Positions 26,372-34,169 of a stretch of DNA of 64,000 bases are shown here, piece after piece. The notes under the pieces were generated by a model. The model was not told where the DNA came from and searched no databases. It saw only the letters and a program-made list of their open reading frames with translations. Location: contig CBDETY010000003.1 in the NCBI GenBank assembly GCA_965243025.1, positions 3,488,001 to 3,552,000 of the forward strand, written 5' to 3'. The translations under genes and the position numbers were made by a program. Every line of letters begins with the position of its first letter. Position 1 is the stretch's first letter. This stretch comes from Candidatus Latescibacterota bacterium (GTDB lineage Bacteria > Latescibacterota > UBA2968 > UBA8231).

Positions 26372-27649
26372 TCAGCGACTCGGACTCAATCGCGGCAGCA
26401 CGTAGGGTCCTTTCGGGACTACGGCTACACGAGGCTTGCTGCCAGATTCGCGAAGAGCTCCGTCTATCCCCGCCTCCACCGATGGAACTACCTCGACCAT
26501 CGGAAAAGAGGCCTCGAAATCGCGGGCGATCTTTCGAGAATACAGTTTCACGCGTGCCTTGGCGAGCACCTTGCACAACTCCTGAAGCTGCCATTGGTCC
26601 ACGACGAAGAAATCGGGTGACTCCAATTTGCAGACGAACTCCTCGACCCTGGTTGTCTGCAGCAACAATTCGCTGAATTCCGGACTTCCCAGCCCTTCGT
26701 CGCAACTCGCCGCAATTACGATGGTTCCACCCTCGCGCAGGATCGGCAGCACCGCAGTCATGCCCTTGACAGCCTGGTAAAAGGTCAGGTCGAGGGGAAA
26801 TCCGGCGCTGGTCGTGACCACGACGTCTACAGCCTCGTCGACGGTAGCCAGGGCTGCCGCTTCGACGAAGGCCACGCCCTCGGCGTGGGCATCCTCCAGA
26901 TCGCCGCAGAATATGCCGGTGATCTGGCGCTGTTCATTCATCGCCACGTTGAGAGTGAAGTCGACCCCGACAGTTCTTGCCACTTCCAGCGCCTGCTCGT
27001 GAAACGGGTTGCCTTCGATGATCCCTTCGGCGGATCCGGGGTGTCCCATCAAGTCCGGCCCGTGCAGCACCCTTACTGTGTCGACTCCCATCAACCCGGG
27101 GCAGATCGCCTTGCGCCCTCCCGAGTATCCGGCCATCAGGTGAGGTTCGATCAAAGATGTCGCGATCTTCAGATCGGCTTCCAGGTAAAGGCGGTCAACC
27201 CAGATCGGAGCTCCTGCCGAGGTTACTCCGAGGTATGCAAGGCTGCCCCGGTCCCTGGCCCGGTGGTTCTCGATGCGGTATTCCTGCGCGATCTCCGCTC
27301 CGACGAGCTCAACCAGCTCCTCCCCCTCGTTGGGGCGGTGCAGGCCGGTGGCGATAAGGATGGTAATGGCATCGCGCCGGATTCCGGCGTTTTCCAGAGT
27401 GGCCAGAACGGGTGGGAGGATCGTGGAGTTGGGAACAGGCCTGGTGATGTCGGAGATGACGACACACGCGTCCGAGCGGCCCCGGGCAAGATCGAGGAGC
27501 GGCGGCGTTCCGGAAGGCGCCCGCAGGGATTCGCAGAGCCGCTCTTCGATGCGGTCCAAACCGGGAATTGCCGCCATCGACAGGATCTGCGCGTCGTCCG
27601 GCACCTCAGCTTCGATACCGTTGCGGCCGTAGTCGAGAGCGACTTTCAC
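26372..27649 (-). CDS. larA: Nickel-pincer-dependent lactate racemase-family (LarA) hydroxy-acid racemase/epimerase
   Basis: GTG 27649 overlaps the upstream stop. Conserved LarA motifs are present: SDITRP, ATGLHR, EPHLMAGYSGGRK, VLH and FYQAVKG. The substrate cannot be determined. Confidence 0.88.
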   Translation of the reverse strand: MKVALDYGRNGIEAEVPDDAQILSMAAIPGLDRIEERLCESLRAPSGTPPLLDLARGRSDACVVISDITRPVPNSTILPPVLATLENAGIRRDAITILIATGLHRPNEGEELVELVGAEIAQEYRIENHRARDRGSLAYLGVTSAGAPIWVDRLYLEADLKIATSLIEPHLMAGYSGGRKAICPGLMGVDTVRVLHGPDLMGHPGSAEGIIEGNPFHEQALEVARTVGVDFTLNVAMNEQRQITGIFCGDLEDAHAEGVAFVEAAALATVDEAVDVVVTTSAGFPLDLTFYQAVKGMTAVLPILREGGTIVIAASCDEGLGSPEFSELLLQTTRVEEFVCKLESPDFFVVDQWQLQELCKVLAKARVKLYSRKIARDFEASFPMVEVVPSVEAGIDGALRESGSKPRVAVVPKGPYVLPRLSPSR

Positions 27650-28551
27650 GATTCGGCATCTCCGGTGCGTTGCAGGATCCTGGTTCTGAGGTAGTCGGCA
27701 AACACCGGACCGTTGTGGGGATCGGCGAGGGCAAAATCGGCAAAGGCCCGGTAGTAGGTGGTCGGACTGCCGATGTCGTACCGCCTTTCGTCCGGAAGCA
27801 GGCGCACGCACTGCACGCCTTTGCCCTCGTCGATCAGTATCTGGATGGCATCAGTCAACCAGAGTTCCCCTCCATGGCCGGTTTCGATTTTCTCTATCGC
27901 CGCGAACACGCGGCGGTCGAAGATGTAGCGGGCCGCGACCGCGAGATGGCTGGGAGCGTTTTCGGGGCGAGGCTTTTCGACGATCTCGGAAATCTCGAAA
28001 CAGTCGCCGTCGCCGGTTCCCAGGCACGGCCTCACAATTCCATAGCGCTGGACCTCTTCCGCCGGCACCTCCCAGACGGCGATAGTCGCCGCCATCTCGT
28101 TGCGCAGGTGGGCGGCGATCATGCGCCCGACAACTCCCGGTTTATGGGGGGAGTGGATGATCGTATCGCCGAATCCGACCAGGAAGGGCTCATCGCCGAC
28201 AAACCTGGCGCCAAGTCGAATCGCATCGGCGTTGCCCAGAGGCCGCCGCTGCCGGACGTAGAAGAACTCCACTCCTTCCTTCTCGTAGTCGAGCTGGGCG
28301 ACCGATTCTCCTTTTTCCCGGAGCAGACTGTCGAGTTCGGGATCGTCGTCGAAATGGTCTTCTATCGACCGCTTCTTGCGGCCGGTAACGAAGAGGAGCT
28401 TGTCGACTCCTTCCTCAACAAGCTCCTCGACAACATGCTGCACCACTGGCTTGGTGCCGACCGGAAGCATCTCCTTGGGCTGCGATTTGGTTGCCGGCAG
28501 CAGCCGGGTACCCCTTCCGGCAACCGGCAAAACCGCTTTTGAAATAGTCAC
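27646..28551 (-). CDS. galU: UTP--glucose-1-phosphate uridylyltransferase-like sugar-phosphate nucleotidyltransferase
   Basis: KAVLPVAGRGTRLLPATKSQPKEMLPV, IEDHFD, YVRQRRPLGNADA, VEKP, GELWLTDAI and RYDIGS. Confidence 0.85.
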   Translation of the reverse strand: MTISKAVLPVAGRGTRLLPATKSQPKEMLPVGTKPVVQHVVEELVEEGVDKLLFVTGRKKRSIEDHFDDDPELDSLLREKGESVAQLDYEKEGVEFFYVRQRRPLGNADAIRLGARFVGDEPFLVGFGDTIIHSPHKPGVVGRMIAAHLRNEMAATIAVWEVPAEEVQRYGIVRPCLGTGDGDCFEISEIVEKPRPENAPSHLAVAARYIFDRRVFAAIEKIETGHGGELWLTDAIQILIDEGKGVQCVRLLPDERRYDIGSPTTYYRAFADFALADPHNGPVFADYLRTRILQRTGDAES

Positions 28552-28623
28552 GATAGGGCTGAGAATCCACGGCCTGGGCAGCGGTGCGGGCTGCCGCTGT
28601 AACTGACCTAACTTGCAGTAAAT

Positions 28624-28638
28624 TATGGTATTACCATA
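28624..28638. promoter_or_regulatory. Palindromic operator-like site TATGGTA-T-TACCATA (GntR/FadR-type) in a divergent promoter
   Basis: A perfect 7-1-7 inverted repeat in an AT-rich patch between galU and the HAD gene. The TGGTnnnACCA core resembles PdhR/LldR-type boxes. Confidence 0.55.
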
Positions 28639-28719
28639 GATGCATCAAGCGCGGATGCTTTCTGAAAGGAGACAGCGGTTTCCCTTGACCGACCTCTCGG
28701 GAGCCCTGAATTTGGCGCT

Positions 28720-29616
28720 GTGAAACCCCATGCGGCACGGCCAGTTTTCCCAGGCAAAGAAATCGAAGTTCACGGTCTGAAGCGGTTGCCGCCGAATCGC
28801 ATCCGGCACGCGCTGTTCGATTTCGACGGAACCTTGTCGCTGCTTCGCGGCGGCTGGCAGGAGGTGATGACCGCCCAGTTCGTCACGGTGCTGGGCAGCG
28901 CCGAAACAGCGGAGACCCCGCAACAGCTCGAGCGCATCTGCGGCGAATTCATCACCAGGCTTACCGGAAAACAGACGATCTACCAGATGCTGCGGCTCGA
29001 GGAGGAGATGCGAAAACGGGGTGCGGACTGCGCCCCCGCCGCAGAGTACAAACGACAATACCTCGCTCTGCTGAACCGGCATATATCCGGGCGTCTGCAG
29101 AGCGTGCGCAGCGGCCGGCGCCCACCGGAGGCGTACATGGTCCGCGGGGCAGAACGGCTGCTGAAGAGGCTCTGCCGGGCCGGGATTGTCTGCCACCTCG
29201 CCAGCGGCACCGATCAGGAGTACGTCGTAGAAGAAGCGGAGCTGCTGGGGCTGACCCCCTGTTTCGGGAACCGCATCCACGGGGCTCGGGAAGACTACCG
29301 GTCCTTCTCCAAGAAAATCGTCATCCAGGACATTCTCAGAACCCACCTGCTGGACGGATCGCAACTCGCGTCCTTCGGGGATGGCTACGTCGAGCTGGAG
29401 AATGCGCGCGCCGCCGGGGGGGTGGCCGTCGGGGTCGCAAGCCTGGAAAACGGAGAACAGGGGTGGGATCCCTGGAAAAAGGAGCGCCTGCTCGGGGTCG
29501 GCGCACAGATTCTGGTTCCAGACTGGAGCGAGGCGGACCTCATCCTCGACTACCTGGGAGTCGCCTGCCCCGAAAGCGGCTGCAACGATCCGGTCCCCGG
29601 GGTGGAGTCGAAATGA
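28720..29616 (+). CDS. HAD-superfamily hydrolase (phosphatase)
   Basis: Motif I LFDFDGTL, motif II LASGT, motif III K (FSKK) and motif IV FGDGYVE. Confidence 0.85.
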   Translation: MKPHAARPVFPGKEIEVHGLKRLPPNRIRHALFDFDGTLSLLRGGWQEVMTAQFVTVLGSAETAETPQQLERICGEFITRLTGKQTIYQMLRLEEEMRKRGADCAPAAEYKRQYLALLNRHISGRLQSVRSGRRPPEAYMVRGAERLLKRLCRAGIVCHLASGTDQEYVVEEAELLGLTPCFGNRIHGAREDYRSFSKKIVIQDILRTHLLDGSQLASFGDGYVELENARAAGGVAVGVASLENGEQGWDPWKKERLLGVGAQILVPDWSEADLILDYLGVACPESGCNDPVPGVESK

Positions 29617-30653
29617 CGGCCAACGGCCTGCGGCGACTGCTGCGTTCCTTCCGCGAACTCACCATTGCGGTAGTCGGCGATTTCTTTCTCGACTCCTACT
29701 ACGACTGCCGGCGCGACCTGGAAGAGACGTCGCTGGAGACGGGCAAGCGGTGTTACCAGGTCGTCAACACCCGCAGGCAGCCGGGTGCCGCAGGAACGGT
29801 TGCCGCCAACCTCGCCGCCCTTGAAGTGGGCGCCGTCGAGGCGGTGGGCTACTGCGGCGACGACGGCGAGGGGTACGAACTGCGGCGGGCGATGGGAAAG
29901 CTCGGCCTTGGAACCGATGGTTTCTACACCGCGGACGATCGCTTCACCCCGACCTACGCAAAGCCCTGCTTCGTCGACTCCGGGCGCGTCCTGGAGGAGC
30001 TCGAGCGCATCGACATCAAGAACCGGCGGCCCACCCCGAGGCTCCTGCAGGAGCGGATTACCGGTTTCATCAGGGACAATGTCTCGCGCTGGGACGGCGT
30101 CATCATCGTCGATCAGGCGAACGAGGCGAACTGTGGAGTCGTCACGACGCGGGTGCGCCGCTTTCTCACCCGTCTCGCCCGGGAACGCGGGGACACGGTC
30201 TTCCTGGCCGACTCCCGCGAACGGATCGGGTTGTACCGGGACGTGATCGTCAAACCGAACGAGCGCGAGGCCGCGTCCGTTCTTGCCGAATCCCGTTCGG
30301 GCAAGGCGCGGATTCCCCTTGGGGAATCGCGAAAACGGGCGGCGCGGTTGTCGCTGCGCACGAGGCGCCCGGTCTTTCTGACCCTTCAGGAAAGGGGGAT
30401 GCTGGCTGCCGCCGGCGACCGGGTCGAGCACCTGCCCGGATTTCCCCCCTGCGGACCGGTCGATCCGGTCGGCGCCGGAGATTCCACCTCGGCCGCCATC
30501 GTCGCCTCGCTGAGCGCGGGAGCCGGCCTTTCTGAGGCTGCGTTCGTAGGAAATCTCGTCGGGTCCGTGACGGTGCAGCAGATCGGTACTACCGGGACAG
30601 CCAGCCCGGCACAGATCGTCAGGCGTTTCCGGGAGGTTGGCAGTGGCGCATGA
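29613..30653 (+). CDS. PfkB-family carbohydrate kinase (RfaE/HldE kinase-domain-like)
   Basis: ATGA overlap at 29613. Motifs AVVGDFFLD, PGAAGTVAANL, KPNERE and DPVGAGDS. Confidence 0.85.
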   Translation: MTANGLRRLLRSFRELTIAVVGDFFLDSYYDCRRDLEETSLETGKRCYQVVNTRRQPGAAGTVAANLAALEVGAVEAVGYCGDDGEGYELRRAMGKLGLGTDGFYTADDRFTPTYAKPCFVDSGRVLEELERIDIKNRRPTPRLLQERITGFIRDNVSRWDGVIIVDQANEANCGVVTTRVRRFLTRLARERGDTVFLADSRERIGLYRDVIVKPNEREAASVLAESRSGKARIPLGESRKRAARLSLRTRRPVFLTLQERGMLAAAGDRVEHLPGFPPCGPVDPVGAGDSTSAAIVASLSAGAGLSEAAFVGNLVGSVTVQQIGTTGTASPAQIVRRFREVGSGA

Positions 30654-31749
30654 ACGAGAGGACCTGACCCGGATCAAGGTCCAGCCTCTGGCTGTCCGCC
30701 GCAGCAAACAGGCATTCGAGGCCATTCGCGTAGACCCGCGGTCTCCGCCACCCCCTGCCGGAGACCTGGCCCCGAAGATTGAGACGGTCGCCGAGCGCAT
30801 TCGCGGGGCGCGCGCATCAGGAGCCTCGGTGGTGCTGGCCTTTGGCGCCCACCTCGTGAAAAATGGCCTGGGAAGGGTGGTCGAAGAGCTGATGGCGGCC
30901 GGCTGGATCACCCATCTGGCGACCAACGGTGCGGGAGTCATCCACGACTGGGAGTACGCTTTCCTGGGTCGCTCGGAAGAGGATGTGCGCTCCCACGTCG
31001 CCGAAGGGCGCTTCGGCTGCTGGGACGAGACCGGCCGCTGCACCCTCCTCGCCGTACTTACCGGGGCGCTGGCCGGTATGGGGTACGGAGAATCGATCGG
31101 CAGGTTCGTGCTGGACGGCGGCTGCGAAATCCCGCGCCGCGAGGACTTGTGGCATGCCGTCGCCGATGCCTGTGAGACTGGAAACCCCGACCTGCTGCCG
31201 GCGCAGACGGAACTGCTGCGTTCCCTCGAACGCTTCGAGTTGCCCGAGGGATTTCTCCGCGTCGAGCACCGCAACCCGGAAAATTCACTGGCCGCGGCAG
31301 CCTGTCGTCTCGGCGTGCCGCTGACGGTCCATCCCGGGATCGGCTACGACATCGTCTACACTCACCCGATGGCAAACGGTGCGGCGATGGGACGCGCGGC
31401 AGGCATCGACTTCGCGGTTTTCGTCCGCGCCGTGAGGCAACTTCGCAAGCGAGGCGTGCTGTTGTCGGCAGGTTCGGCGGTAATGGCTCCGCAGGTGTTC
31501 GAGAAAGCCGTGTCGATAGCCAACAACCTCCGTCGCCAGGAGGGGGCCGGTCCGCTGACCCCCTTCATCGCCGTCAACGACCTGGCGGAGATCGACTGGG
31601 ACTGGTCGCGCGGGGAGCCGCCGAGCGAACATCCCGCGTACTACATCCGGTTCTGCAAGAGCTTCAGCCGCATGGGCGGGGAGATGGTCTACCTGGGCGG
31701 GGACAACCGCACTGTCCTGCAGAACATCCACAGCCTTCTGGCTCAGTGA
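30643..31749 (+). CDS. Deoxyhypusine-synthase-like NAD-binding-fold protein of unknown function
   Basis: GTG 30643 after GGAGG. Motifs VVLAFGAHLVKNG, THLATNGAGVIHDWE, PLTVHPGIGYDI and GSAVMAPQVFEKA. Confidence 0.65.
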   Translation: MAHEREDLTRIKVQPLAVRRSKQAFEAIRVDPRSPPPPAGDLAPKIETVAERIRGARASGASVVLAFGAHLVKNGLGRVVEELMAAGWITHLATNGAGVIHDWEYAFLGRSEEDVRSHVAEGRFGCWDETGRCTLLAVLTGALAGMGYGESIGRFVLDGGCEIPRREDLWHAVADACETGNPDLLPAQTELLRSLERFELPEGFLRVEHRNPENSLAAAACRLGVPLTVHPGIGYDIVYTHPMANGAAMGRAAGIDFAVFVRAVRQLRKRGVLLSAGSAVMAPQVFEKAVSIANNLRRQEGAGPLTPFIAVNDLAEIDWDWSRGEPPSEHPAYYIRFCKSFSRMGGEMVYLGGDNRTVLQNIHSLLAQ

Positions 31750-31892
31750 TTGTTTTCAGGGGTTGGATCTCGAAGAGACCGAAGGGCAGAACGGCTCACC
31801 AGGGGCTCGGTTCCCCAGCGATACCTCGCCCTTCTTGCGCCCGTCAGCGACGCCCCGGATGCACCTGGACCGGCGCTGGAAGGGGACCAGGG

Positions 31893-33734
31893 TCAGGACA
31901 GAGCCGCGGTGATGGTCCCGGCGTACCGCTCTTCCACCGCCTTGGGGACCACCTTCTTCAGACCCCGGGTCAAGGTGCCGTCCTCCTCGCTGAGAGCCGC
32001 GGGCAGGACGACGACGTTGACCGGGCGTTCGTGTGCCGGCAGCCCGGCAAGGTCGGATTCCTGGAGAAGCTGACTCCGGATCCGCTCCGCGACTTCCGGG
32101 TGGCTGCGGATTGTCTCTTCGTCGCCCGAAACCCCCTCGATCTTCTCCGCTTCCTCAAGATCGATGGTCGCCAGGACAACGGGCTGGCTGCGGGTCTGGT
32201 CTCCAGACACCAGAACGTGCTCGACGAGGGCGGCCCTGGAGTAAACCCGCTCGAGCAACTCCGGGTTGATGAACTCGCCGTTGGCGAGCTTGAACTGGCG
32301 GCCGACGCGTCCCTGAAACGTCAGAAAGCCCTCTTCATCCATGCTGAACAGGTCCCCGGTCCGGTACCATCTCCTGCCATCCTTTTCCACCAGGACCTCG
32401 GCGTTCCGCTCAGGATCGTTGAGGTATTCCTTCATCACGTTCGCACCCGACACCCACAACTCACCTGCTCCCGGACCGGGCCGACTGGTGCCGGACGCCG
32501 GATCGGCCGAGGCGAGCACTTCGCCCTGCTCGTCCACCAGCCTGACCTCGAAAAGCGGCCTTCCAACCGTTCCCGTCTTGCGTCCTTTGAGGTGGTTGGT
32601 CGCTATCAGCGGAGCGCACTCCGTGGTTCCGTATCCCTCCAGGGTGCGAATGCCCAGGACGTCCTGAAAGAAATCGAGCGCTTCCGGATCCGCCTTGGCA
32701 GAGCCCACGATGAGCAGCTCGAGGTTGCCCCCCACCCGCTTCGACAGTTGCTCCTTGATCTTGGCCACGATCTTTCCGCCTATGGTAGCGCTGACAAGCC
32801 GGTCCCCGAGGCTTGCCTCTCCACGGGCAATCCGCTGCCTGGCGCCTACCGCCCGCTCCACGAGACGCCCCTTCATCCCCCCCGCGTCAATTTCCTTGCG
32901 CACGTTTCCGTAGACCTTGTCGAGGACCAGGGGAACGGTGAGAAACCCCTCCGGCTCCGAAACGCGGATGTCGTTGAGAACCCGGTCCGGGGAACGTGCG
33001 AGGTCGAGCTCCCACCCCTTTGCCAGGGGATAGTAGATGTTGAGAATCCCCATCGAGTGGTAATCGGGCGCGGACTTGAAGAAACGGAAGTGGTCGCTCT
33101 CGACGACGACGTCCCAGACCTGGCGGATGTTGGCGACGATGTTCGCGTGCGTCTGGACCACACCTTTCGGCAGGCCGGACGACCCGGACGTATAGATGAC
33201 CTTGGTCTCGTCGGAGGGGGACACCGCAACGTCCGGCGGCGCCGCTTCGCAGCCGGCGACCTGCTCCCATGCAGTGGCATCTTCACGGCTGCCGTCAGTC
33301 AAAATCAGCTTCGGCGGCTTTTCCAGGGACGCGGCAACCGCGTCCACCTGGTCCACTGATTTCCCGTCTACGACGAGATAGGAGATTCCCGAGTGGTTGA
33401 TGTTGTGAGTCAGGATCTCTTCGGGGAGCTTGTTGCACAACGGCACCGTGCAGACGGCGAGCAGGTCGCAGGCGAGAAACACCAGCAACGGCTCGAACCC
33501 GCCGTCCGTGAGTATGCCGACGCGGTCTCCCTTTCCGACACCGAGGTCGGCAAGCCCGGCGGCCACGGCGTTCCGCATGCGCCCGAGTTCGGCATAGGTG
33601 ATCGGTTCGTAGGATGGCCCCTGGCTGCCGGGGCCTTGCCTGAGAACGCGAACCGCAGTCCGCGCGCCGCAGCGATCGATGCTCTGGTCGAGAATGGTCT
33701 TGAGGTTTTCAGCGTCCATTTCGATTAATCCCAT
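31893..33734 (-). CDS. AMP-binding enzyme, long-chain fatty-acid--CoA ligase-like
   Basis: IYTSGSSGLPKGV, EGYGTTE, GELWVSGANVMKEY, WYRTGDL and GRVGRQFKLANGE. Confidence 0.9.
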   Translation of the reverse strand: MGLIEMDAENLKTILDQSIDRCGARTAVRVLRQGPGSQGPSYEPITYAELGRMRNAVAAGLADLGVGKGDRVGILTDGGFEPLLVFLACDLLAVCTVPLCNKLPEEILTHNINHSGISYLVVDGKSVDQVDAVAASLEKPPKLILTDGSREDATAWEQVAGCEAAPPDVAVSPSDETKVIYTSGSSGLPKGVVQTHANIVANIRQVWDVVVESDHFRFFKSAPDYHSMGILNIYYPLAKGWELDLARSPDRVLNDIRVSEPEGFLTVPLVLDKVYGNVRKEIDAGGMKGRLVERAVGARQRIARGEASLGDRLVSATIGGKIVAKIKEQLSKRVGGNLELLIVGSAKADPEALDFFQDVLGIRTLEGYGTTECAPLIATNHLKGRKTGTVGRPLFEVRLVDEQGEVLASADPASGTSRPGPGAGELWVSGANVMKEYLNDPERNAEVLVEKDGRRWYRTGDLFSMDEEGFLTFQGRVGRQFKLANGEFINPELLERVYSRAALVEHVLVSGDQTRSQPVVLATIDLEEAEKIEGVSGDEETIRSHPEVAERIRSQLLQESDLAGLPAHERPVNVVVLPAALSEEDGTLTRGLKKVVPKAVEERYAGTITAALS

Positions 33735-34169
33735 GGGTTGCCGTTGGTTCCTGCGGAAATCGGGATGGGCCGAAGACGATTCTCACAACCTGACCTGCGA
33801 CCAAAGCCACCCTGAAGCCGCAGGCAAGCCATAGGCCGGGCGGCAGATTCCTGCCCTCGAGTGCCGCAATCCGACCCGTCCCCCTGCACGGAGGAATAAT
33901 CCCGTACAATCCCGGGGATGGCAAGCGACGACTCCTGCGCGTCGAGCTGCTTTCGTTGTTTGACTTTCCCCTGGGGAACACTCAGTATGTGCCCGGTCCC
34001 CTGAGAATTTTACAAGCAGATCAGGTAGCTGATATCGTCAGCTCCGCCGTGTCGGAAATCCAGGTGTCTTCGGATCTCATTTCCATCCCCGGCAGCCGGG
34101 GCTTTCACGGGCGGACGGGATTTCCTCTGAAGGACCTGTTGTGAAAATTTTTTTACCGCGATCCGGCAT

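Noticed and set aside
33960-34050. TPP-riboswitch-like words (CTGAGA ... GATCAGG) in the long intergenic region
   Set aside because: The conserved ACCTGAT...TAATG...CGTAGG arrangement is missing and the downstream gene is unrelated to thiamine. An Rfam scan would settle it.
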